Part shown: piece by piece, positions 10,656 through 18,659 of the stretch
Layout of the letters: each line of letters opens with the position of its first letter
Position numbering within the stretch: position 1 is the stretch's first letter
Assembly (NCBI GenBank): GCA_943787795.1
Contig: CALSNU010000002.1
Coordinates: forward strand, 608,001-672,000
Direction of reading: 5' to 3'
Source: an uncultured bacterium
GTDB lineage: Bacteria > Planctomycetota > UBA1135 > GCA-002686595
Length of the DNA stretch: 64,000 bases
Program-made: the position numbers and the translations under genes
Notes under the pieces: model-generated
Told to the model about the DNA's origin: nothing
The model's database searches: none
Seen by the model: the letters and a program-made list of their open reading frames with translations, nothing else

Positions 10656-11315
10656 TCACTCAGCTTGCCAGCCGAAGAGCCCGCCGTGCTTGGCCGCCCT
10701 GTGGCAGCGGATGCAGCTCTCCATCGCCCCCGCTCCTGTGACACGGCCGGCGGGGTCCACGGTGCCGAAGGCCCAGCCGTCCATCGTGTCGGGGGTGCCC
10801 TCGGGCAGGCGGAGCATGACGAAGAGGCCGCGAGAGGCGCCGGTCCGGTAGGTGAGCCCGTCGCGCTCGGCGAAGGGGATGTAGCCGTGGCTTGCGGCCA
10901 GCTCCCAGCCCGGGGTCGAGTGGGGGGAGGGCGCGTCCTCTCCCGCGTGGAGCACGGGGGTGAAGGCCTCCTTTATGAGCACGGTGAAGAGCGGGAGCTC
11001 CACCTCCTCCTCGGTGCCCAGCTTCATGTAAGGCCCGCCTTGGTTCGAGCGGAGCGCGTAGATCTTTGATCCGTGGCCGTCCTCGGCTTCCACCGTGGAG
11101 TGCAGCGCCCGGGCGGCCGGGGGCATCATGCAGAGGAACGGCGACCAGTTGAGGTGGGGCCCCACCACCGGTAACTCCGGGACCGAGCCCGCCGCGGCGC
11201 GGATCATCGCCTCGATGGCGCCGCTGGCACGCGCGGGCACGACCTCGTGCGCGCTGCACGCGCAGAGGAGGGCGAGCGCCGCGAGGCCGTGCGAGCGGCG
11301 GCGGGCGGGGCGCAC
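10656..11315 (-). CDS. Cytochrome P460 family c-type cytochrome (lipoprotein)
   Basis: GTG 1 nt after the upstream stop; lipobox LCAC; TVLIKE, GLFVM, DGWAF and C-terminal CIRCH in the order typical of the P460/c'-beta fold. Confidence 0.75.
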   Translation of the reverse strand: MRPARRRSHGLAALALLCACSAHEVVPARASGAIEAMIRAAAGSVPELPVVGPHLNWSPFLCMMPPAARALHSTVEAEDGHGSKIYALRSNQGGPYMKLGTEEEVELPLFTVLIKEAFTPVLHAGEDAPSPHSTPGWELAASHGYIPFAERDGLTYRTGASRGLFVMLRLPEGTPDTMDGWAFGTVDPAGRVTGAGAMESCIRCHRAAKHGGLFGWQAE

Positions 11316-11316
11316 G

Positions 11317-12618
11317 TCAGGCTCGCTCGAAGAACCAGACGGCGGGCGTGCGCTTCGTCGGAGGATCGAACACGTCGATCTTCTGCTGGAGCTCACTGCG
11401 CGCCTTGCGGGTGGCATCGAGGCGATCCTTGAACTCCCCGTAGACGCGATCGAAGGCGGCTTCCCTCTCCTCGTCCGTCCTCGCCTTCTCCTCCTCGGCC
11501 TTGAACTCCTTGTTGAAGGCCTTGGAGACCACATCCTCGGCGGCCGAGGCGGCCTCGTGCTCGACGCGCAGTCGGGCGAGCTCTGCGGTCTGAGCGTCGT
11601 CGAGCGTGGGCGCCTCGGCGCGCCAGCGGGAGTAGCCGCCGACGATCAGGTCCAGGTCCCCGTCCTTGTCCCAGTCCGCGACCTCGGGATAGAGCCCCTC
11701 GACGGGCCCTGTGGGCGACGTGGGGAGCTCCTCGCCGCGGACCTGGAGCAGGGTGCGGGGCGCCGCGAAGCTCGGGGCTCCGCGCGTTCCCTTGTTGATG
11801 AGCAGGTAGACGCCGGCGATGCCGTCGGACCCGCCGAAGGTCCCGTAGACGAGATCCAGGTCGCCGTCGGCGTCCCAGTCCACGAGGCGTGGCGCGGTCA
11901 TCTTGGCCTTGTCCTCGAGGGGGACTCCACCGGCCATCACGCGCACGTTCTTGCCCGTGAAGCGAGGTTCCGACGGGGACCCCTCGTTCATCTGGACGTA
12001 GAGATGGCCCTCCTCATAGCTCCCCTGGATGAGATCCATGTCTCCATCGCCGTCCCAGTCCATGGCGACGGCGGAGATGCCCCGGAGGTTCCTGGGCTTC
12101 CCGTCGGGCATGGAGCGCCCGGTCGTGAGGTGTTGGTGGATGTCGAAGTCGTAGTAGTACGACACGAGCACGGACTCACCGGCGCCATCGAGCAGGCGCT
12201 CAGGCTCCGCGAAGCCCGCCTCGCTCCCCCAGCTCACGTGGGGCGAGCCGTCGAAGGTGGCGGAGAGGTAGTCCAGCTGCCCGTCGGCGTTGAGGTCCAC
12301 GAACTGTGAACCCATGCCGATGCATCACCAGTTGTTGAAGCTCAGCTGCTTCCCGTCGGTGCGCTCCATCGGCTTCTCTGGTCCCATCCCGTCCGCCGTG
12401 CGCCGCGACCAGGTCACGCGCCCGCTCAACCCGCCGAGGACCAGGTCCTGGATCCCGTCCCCGTCCACGTCGAAAGCGGCGGGCGAGGGATACATCTTCT
12501 TGTGGCCCATCTCGGCATCGCCGGCCATGAACTGGACGGGCGCCTTGAAGAGGATGAGTCCGTCGTCGGCATCCCCGGAGGGCGCCAGGGCCGCGAGGGC
12601 CAGGAGGATGTGAGTCAT
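11317..12618 (-). CDS. Secreted FG-GAP beta-propeller protein with in-frame TGA (codon 98, 12327-12325); predicted selenoprotein (W-U-C motif), 433 aa
   Basis: ORFs 12325-12618 and 11317-12315 share one frame: AAC TGG TGA TGC ATC GGC ATG; signal peptide only on the first part; the second starts mid-blade; SECIS-like hairpin follows the TGA. Confidence 0.72.
12278..12324 (-). promoter_or_regulatory. Candidate bacterial SECIS hairpin
   Basis: After UGA: UGC-A-UCGGC-AU-GGGUUCAC-[AGUUC]-GUGGACCU-CAAC-GCCGA-CGG-GCA; 8-bp upper stem, 5-bp middle stem and 3-bp lower stem; 19 nt between UGA and loop, G at loop position 2. Confidence 0.68.
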
Positions 12619-12874
12619 GTTGAATCAGGTGGTGCGCGGGAAGATGAGGCGGGTCGACGGCTGCTCCATGGCTACCGACAATCTCCGTGGAGGTTGCCAG
12701 CAAGACCGGGGATTTGTTGGAGGAGAAAGCCACTGCGCGGCCCTCTGGGTCATGCGGAGGGGCCGCGACCGCGCCAGGGCCAGGGAGCCCAGGCTGACTC
12801 GCTGGTGCGTGGGGGCGACACGTGACCTCGCTTGGATCAAGTCGCCTTGACTGCCGGCAGCTCCTCGAGCGGAC

Positions 12875-14017
12875 CTAGGAGATCTTCTCGAGCACCCTCA
12901 GCGAGGACTCGATGACCCGGTCCTGGTGTGGCTCCAGCCCGAGCCACATCGGTAGGCGTACGAGGCGGCCTGCGAGCTCCTCGGTCGTGGCGATCTCCCC
13001 CGAGACCCTGCCAACCTCCTGACCCTTCGGAGCGCTGTGGAGCGGGATGTAGTGGAAGACCGTGAGGATGTCCTCTTCACCGCGCATGAGGTCGATGAAC
13101 CGATCCCGCCGTGCCCGGTCGGGCAGCAACAGGTAGTACATGTGGGCATTGTGAGAGCAGTGATCAGGAATGATCGGGCGACGGCACAGCTCCCCCTCTT
13201 CCGCTGCTGCGAAGGCCTCGTGGTACCGGTCCCAGATGGCCTTTCGCCGACGGGTGATCTCGTCGGATTCCTCCAGTTGAGCCCAGAGATACGCGGCGAT
13301 CAGATCGCTGGGCAGATAGGACGAGCCCACGTCCACCCAGGTGTACTTGTCGACCTGACCCCTGAAGAACGCGCGTCGGTTCGTCCCCTTCTCCCGGACG
13401 ATCTCGGCGCGTAGCGCGAGCTCGGGATCTCGGACAAGCAGCGCCCCCCCCTCGCCCGAGATGATGTTCTTGGTCTCGTGGAATGAGAGCGTCCCCAGGT
13501 CTCCCAGGCTCCCGAGTGGCTTCCCTCGATAAGTCGACCCGAAGCCCTGTGCAGCGTCCTCGATCACGGCGATGCCGTGGTCGCTCCCCACCCGCATGAT
13601 CTCGTCCATCTCGCAGCTCACGCCTGCGTAGTGGACAGGGACGATGCACTTGGTCTGAGGGGTGATGGCGGCCTCAACGAGCTCCTCGTTCAGGTTTAGC
13701 GTGTCCGGACGAATGTCAACGAAGACCGGCGTCGCTCCCAGCTTGGCGAACGCGTTGGCCGTTGAGACGAAGGTGTAGCTGGGCAGGATGACCTCATCGC
13801 CCGGGCTGATGTCTACGAGGATCGCCGACATCTCTAGCGCAGCCGTGCAGGAGTGAGTGAGCAGCGATCGGGCGATCCCGAACTGCTGCTCCATGAACGC
13901 CTCGCACTTGCGGCTGAACAGGCCGTCCCCCGCGAGGTGCCCCTGGAGGTGGGCCTCCGAGATGTATTGGAGCTCCTTGCCCGTCATGAATGGGCGATTG
14001 AAGGGGATGGTCTCCAT
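12875..14017 (-). CDS. wecE: dTDP-4-amino-4,6-dideoxygalactose transaminase
   Basis: IPFNRP start, SCTAALEM, SFHETKN (PLP Lys), REKGTNR...GQVDKYTWVD, FHYIPLH. Confidence 0.93.
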   Translation of the reverse strand: METIPFNRPFMTGKELQYISEAHLQGHLAGDGLFSRKCEAFMEQQFGIARSLLTHSCTAALEMSAILVDISPGDEVILPSYTFVSTANAFAKLGATPVFVDIRPDTLNLNEELVEAAITPQTKCIVPVHYAGVSCEMDEIMRVGSDHGIAVIEDAAQGFGSTYRGKPLGSLGDLGTLSFHETKNIISGEGGALLVRDPELALRAEIVREKGTNRRAFFRGQVDKYTWVDVGSSYLPSDLIAAYLWAQLEESDEITRRRKAIWDRYHEAFAAAEEGELCRRPIIPDHCSHNAHMYYLLLPDRARRDRFIDLMRGEEDILTVFHYIPLHSAPKGQEVGRVSGEIATTEELAGRLVRLPMWLGLEPHQDRVIESSLRVLEKIS

Positions 14018-14104
14018 CGGTTGCTTCTTAGTAGGCAGGCAGAGGTCTGTTTGTGGGGCGGCAGCTTGGGCCATCGGTGGTGCCCATTCTTCAGCCGTTG
14101 ACTC

Positions 14105-15076
14105 TTAGTCGTCAGAGACCATGTAGGTCGGGGCGCCAGAGGAGCGGCCGTGAATTCGACCGATGTACTCGCCGATGACACCGAGCGAGAATAGCTGCGC
14201 TCCGGAGAAGATTGAGATGACCGAGGCGAGGAACGGGAATCCAGGGACGGCGCTGCCATCAAGGAGGACACGGCTGACGACGTAGAGAAGGGTCAGAAGC
14301 CCAACAGCGGAGAGGGCCAGGCCGATGAAGGTGGCGAACTGGAGAGGAAGCGTGGAGAAACCCGTCATCATGTTCATCGCGTGCTTGATCAGCTTCGGCA
14401 CCGTGTAGCCCGAGTTCCCATGGGCTCGCGGCTCATGGCGCGCGATGACGAAATCGAAGGAAGCGGTGCCCCAGGTGAGGAGGACATCGATGTTGACGTT
14501 CGGGCCCTTGAAGTCGCCGAACGCGTCCCGCAGATCTGTTCGGAAGATTCTCCATGCGCTCACCCGTGCCGCAGCCTCGGCGCCCATGCCCGAGGAGAGC
14601 ACCCACTTGGTGATCCGCGATGCGAGCCCACGGGCTAGCCCGTGGGGCTGTGACGCGGGGGCGATGTAGAGGACATCAGTGCTCTTGCCGAATGCCTCGA
14701 GCAGCTCCGGGATCTTCTGTGGAGCGTGCTGGAGGTCATCGTCCATCGTCATGCAGATGGAGCCTTGCGCTGCCCGGATGCCGCAGAGGAGTGCCGCGTG
14801 TTGACCGTAGTTCCGGGCGAGCCGGATGCCGTGGATGTCGTCCTGCTCGCTGGCCAATTGTTGGATGATGGACCACGATCCGTCTGGCCCTCGATCCTCC
14901 ACGAAGACAATCTCAAAGCGCTGCTCTATCGACTCGAATGCGGACTCGATCCGATGCGAGAGCTCGCGGAGGGACGCCTCCGCGTTGTAGACCGGAATCA
15001 CCACGCTCACGAGATCGTTATCAAGAGGATTGGTGTTGGAGGAATTCAAGGTCATCGCCTTCGAGCACCGGTTCAA
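14105..15076 (-). CDS. GT2 polyprenol-phosphate glycosyltransferase (GtrB/ArnC-like)
   Basis: SVVIPVYN, RNYGQHAALLCG, MDDDLQH, two C-terminal TMs and LGVIGEYIGRI. Confidence 0.9.
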   Translation of the reverse strand: MNRCSKAMTLNSSNTNPLDNDLVSVVIPVYNAEASLRELSHRIESAFESIEQRFEIVFVEDRGPDGSWSIIQQLASEQDDIHGIRLARNYGQHAALLCGIRAAQGSICMTMDDDLQHAPQKIPELLEAFGKSTDVLYIAPASQPHGLARGLASRITKWVLSSGMGAEAAARVSAWRIFRTDLRDAFGDFKGPNVNIDVLLTWGTASFDFVIARHEPRAHGNSGYTVPKLIKHAMNMMTGFSTLPLQFATFIGLALSAVGLLTLLYVVSRVLLDGSAVPGFPFLASVISIFSGAQLFSLGVIGEYIGRIHGRSSGAPTYMVSDD

Positions 15077-15480
15077 GGGCCTTCTTTGGTATGGACTTGG
15101 AAGACCCAGTACTTCTGTCCAACGTACATGATCACGGCACAGGAGATGATCGTGATGGCCTGGGCGATGACGTGGTTCATGCCGACTTCATCGACCAGCC
15201 CGAGATGGATCAGGAGGGCCACCGCATACCCGGATGCGTAGAGCATGACGAAGCGAGGCAGTGTCGCGGCGTTCCGGCTACGGCCTCCGAAGGTCCAGGA
15301 TCGGTTGCCCAGGTAGGCAAAGGCGAGGCCTGCGACGTAGGCGATTGTCATCGCCCAGGTGTGGCTCCCGAGGGCTGGCTCAAGGACAAGATAGCCAGCG
15401 AAGCCCAGAGCATTCTGAGCGAGTCCAACCGCCCCAAATCTCAGGACGCGGGTGAACTCGTCCGTTGCGCCGAGTCTCAT
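15073..15480 (-). CDS. gtrA: GtrA family flippase
   Basis: 135 aa, 4 TMs, RFGAVG...NRSWTF...KYWVF pattern; overlaps the GT2 start by 4 nt. Confidence 0.85.
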   Translation of the reverse strand: MRLGATDEFTRVLRFGAVGLAQNALGFAGYLVLEPALGSHTWAMTIAYVAGLAFAYLGNRSWTFGGRSRNAATLPRFVMLYASGYAVALLIHLGLVDEVGMNHVIAQAITIISCAVIMYVGQKYWVFQVHTKEGP

Positions 15481-15511
15481 TGGAGCGTTCTCGCTCGGGA
15501 TTGCAGTGCAG

Positions 15512-15922
15512 TCACGGCCGACTCGGGGAGGGGCGATCGATCAATATGAATGGAACACCGCAGCGCTCGAAGAGCGCCTGGCTCCCCACGTTGTCGCGCA
15601 GAATCTTCGCCTTGGCATCAGGGAAGCGCCTGACAATCTCTCGGAGCATCTTCGCGCCAATGCCTCGCTTCTTGAATTCTGGATTGGTGCAAATCCGGAT
15701 ATCGTTCTCCACCACGCCCGCGTAGCCGACGGGCTCTCCTTCGGAGAGACAGACGATGTAGCTCGCCGCGTGAGCCTCCATGTAAAGCTGTTGGTCAGCT
15801 TCGGAGAATGAGCCCTGGTCGAGGAAACCCGCCCGGTTGGAGGGGTGCAGCCGCATCCTGCGGATCGGCTCGTAGTGCTCGGGCTTCACGTCCGAGATTG
15901 TGAGGGGGGGCTGTTGGCTCAT
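15512..15922 (-). CDS. GNAT family N-acetyltransferase
   Basis: Acetyl-CoA motif PEFKKRGIGAKML and NVGSQALFERCG; ATG 15922 chosen. Confidence 0.8.
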   Translation of the reverse strand: MSQQPPLTISDVKPEHYEPIRRMRLHPSNRAGFLDQGSFSEADQQLYMEAHAASYIVCLSEGEPVGYAGVVENDIRICTNPEFKKRGIGAKMLREIVRRFPDAKAKILRDNVGSQALFERCGVPFILIDRPSPSRP

Positions 15923-16181
15923 TGCGACATTGGAGGAGAGTTCGCCTTCTTCACCATCTCTCAGTGCCCTCGGCGACGGGCCAGCAGTATTGATGGCCAG
16001 GCACCTCTTGAACCGTGCTCGATTCCTGGCCCGGAGGTCCGGATGAAGGGCGAATGCCCCTCTGGCCGGGCATGCTAGCCTCACCCGCGGGGGCGTGAGT
16101 GCACCGCCCTGAACAGGGCAATCGACCGTCATACTCTATCTGTGCTCCGGCGTTGAGCCCGCCGAATTCGTCCCTCCCGAA

Positions 16182-17520
16182 GTGGTCCATCAACCCAGAC
16201 AGCCGAGAGCGTTGGCGCCGGTCGATCGTGGCGCCTCTGGTCTTCTTCAGGATCGCCTTCGGGGTCCTCCTCGCCTGGCACCTGCTCGACTACCTCCAGT
16301 ACGGGTGGGCCCGGCGGGTGTACGTGGACCCCGTCCTGCGGGTGCCCCACGTCGGGTTCGAGTGGCTCGCGCCGTGGCCGGGTGACGGGATGCTCCTGCA
16401 CTTCGCGGCCCTCCTCGCCGCCGCGGTCGCCTTCGCGGTCGGGCGCTGGACCCGGCTCGCCTCCTGGGTCCTCTTCGTCGGCCTGACGTACACGTTCCTC
16501 TTGGAGCGGACGCACTCGAACAACCACGACTACCTCATCGTCCTGCTCGCGTTCCTCGCCTGCTGGCTGCCCCTGGGCCGCGCCGGGTCCCGGGACGCAC
16601 ACGCCAACCCCTCACGGGCGGTGGACGAGGTGCCCGCCTGGACCCTCTGGCTCCTGCGGGGTCAGGTCGCGGTGCTCTACCTGTTCGGCGCGCTGTCCAA
16701 GTGGAACGCGGACTGGCTCCAGCAGGGCGAGCCCTTCGGTCCCCACGTGATGGCGATCGCGGAGGCCCAGGGGTGGCCCTTCGCCGAGGCCCTCGCGGGC
16801 CGAGAGGCCTGGGTGGCCCTCTCGTGGGCGGGGATGCTCTTCGATCTGCTGGTGATCCCGGGGCTGCTCTGGCGACGCACGCGGGCGGCGGCGGTGGTGG
16901 CCTCCGTGTTCTTCCACGGCATCAACCAGGTGCTGTTCCCCATCGGCATCTTCCCGATGCTGGCTCTGGCCCTCACCGTCCTCTTCCTCGACCCGGCCTG
17001 GGCGCGGCGGGTCCTGCGCCTCGGCGCGCCGGTCTCGCCCCCGCGGCGGTGGTCCCCCTCGGCCAGCGTGCAGCCCCTCGTGCTCCCTGCCCTCGGGCTC
17101 TGGTTCGCGGTCCAGCTGATCGTCCCGCTGCGCCCCTGGGTCCTCTCCGGTGAGCCCGCGTGGACCGAGCGCGGGGCGCTGTTCTCCTGGCGGATGATGA
17201 TCTCCAGCAAGGACTGCGAGCTCGACTTCGTCGTGACCGCTGGGGACCCGCCCCGGGAGGTCTCCATGGACTGGCGCCCGCTGCTCACGGACGACCAGTT
17301 CGACATCCTCGCCGGCAACCCCGAGCTCATCGCGTGGTTCGCGCGGGAGCTGCGGTCCAGGGCCGAGGCGCAGGGGCACGGCGACGTGGCCGTCCGAGCG
17401 AACGCCTACTGCGCCCTCAACGGTCGGCCCTTCCGGCCGCTCGTGGACCCCGAGGTGGACCTCGGCCGCGCCGATGGCTGGGACTGGATCGCGCCCCTGG
17501 AGAGCGTCGACGGCCCCTGA
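16182..17520 (+). CDS. HTTM-domain vitamin K-dependent gamma-carboxylase-like protein; probable single-base insertion near 16227
   Basis: FRIAFG, NNHDYL, YLFGALSKWNADWL, FPIGIFP, FSWRMM, LNGRP...DPEVDL; removing one base at about 16227 restores LAPVDVAPLVFFR from GTG 16182 (alternative start GTG 16228). Confidence 0.85.
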
Positions 17521-17547
17521 TTCCGGGGTCGGAGCGCCGGGCCGTTT

Positions 17548-17586
17548 GGCGAGGCGATCCGGCGAGGCAATCCGGCGAGGCGATTC
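17548..17586. repeat. 13-bp direct repeat x3 upstream of the SDR/enolase operon
   Basis: ggcgaggcgatcc / ggcgaggcaatcc / ggcgaggcgattc. Confidence 0.7.
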
Positions 17587-17662
17587 GGGTTCGGGCGGCG
17601 CGCGCTTCTCAAGGGGGTCGCGGCCACCGCGATCCGCGTTCAGCGGTTAGCTTCAGCGGGTC

Positions 17663-18646
17663 ATGAGTCAACGCACCTACCTCGTCACCGGAGCCCTCGG
17701 CTGCATCGGCGCCTGGGTCGTCGAGCGCCTCCTCGAGAAGGGCGACCACCCGGTGGTCTTCGACCTCGGCACGGAGCCTCGGCGGATCCGCGACCTCCTC
17801 GGCCCGGAGGCGCTGGCGCGGGTCTCGTTCGTGCAGGGCGACATCGCCAGCCCGGCGGCCCTGGGGGCCTGCATGGACGAGCACAAGGTGGATCACATCG
17901 TCCACCTCGCCGGGCTCCAGGTCCCCTTCTGCCGCGCGGACCCCATGGCCGGGGCGACGGTGAACGTCCTCGGGACGGTGAACGTGTTCGAGCAGGCGGC
18001 GAAGCGGGGCATCGGGCGGGTGGCCTACGCCTCCAGCGCGGCGGTCTACGAGCGCGAGGACGAGGACCGCGCGGGCGGCGCCCCCTGCGAGAACGCGTCC
18101 CCGACGCCCAACACGCACTACGGCGTCTACAAGCTGGCCAACGAGGGGACCGCGCGGGTGTCGTTCCTGGAGCACGGCACCTCGAGCGTCGGCCTGCGCC
18201 CCCTCACGGTCTACGGCGTCGGTCGGGACCAAGGCATGACGAGCGGGCCCACCAAGGCCATCAAGGCCGCCGTCGTCGGGCGCCCCTACACGGTGGGCTT
18301 CGGCGGTCGCACGGACTTCCTCTACGCCGGGGACTGCGCGGACGCCTTCATCGCCGCGGCGGATCGCGGCCCCGAGGGGGCCCACGTGTTCAACCTGGCC
18401 GGTGAGTCCATCGCCGTCACGGCGTTCGTGGAGGAGCTCTGCGCCCAGGAGCCCGCGGCGAGAGAGCTCGTGCGGGTCGAGGGCGGCGAGCTCCCCGTCC
18501 CCGGCGCCATCGACGGCGCCCGCATCGGCGAGGTCCTGCCTGGCCTGCCGAACACGTCCATCCGCGAGGGGATCGCCGAGACCCTCCGCCGCTTCCGCGA
18601 GCTCCACGCCGCGGGCACCCTCGACACCTCCGACCTCGACAGCTGA
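17663..18646 (+). CDS. NAD-dependent epimerase/dehydratase (extended SDR)
   Basis: TGALGCIG Rossmann motif, HLAG, ASSAAVY, YGVYK catalytic motif. Confidence 0.9.
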   Translation: MSQRTYLVTGALGCIGAWVVERLLEKGDHPVVFDLGTEPRRIRDLLGPEALARVSFVQGDIASPAALGACMDEHKVDHIVHLAGLQVPFCRADPMAGATVNVLGTVNVFEQAAKRGIGRVAYASSAAVYEREDEDRAGGAPCENASPTPNTHYGVYKLANEGTARVSFLEHGTSSVGLRPLTVYGVGRDQGMTSGPTKAIKAAVVGRPYTVGFGGRTDFLYAGDCADAFIAAADRGPEGAHVFNLAGESIAVTAFVEELCAQEPAARELVRVEGGELPVPGAIDGARIGEVLPGLPNTSIREGIAETLRRFRELHAAGTLDTSDLDS

Positions 18647-18659
18647 GCCACCGACGACC

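Noticed and set aside
12325..12618. Independent 97-aa protein ending at TGA
   Set aside because: It holds only one propeller blade. The in-frame continuation, adjacent Cys and hairpin favour read-through, though this is unproven.
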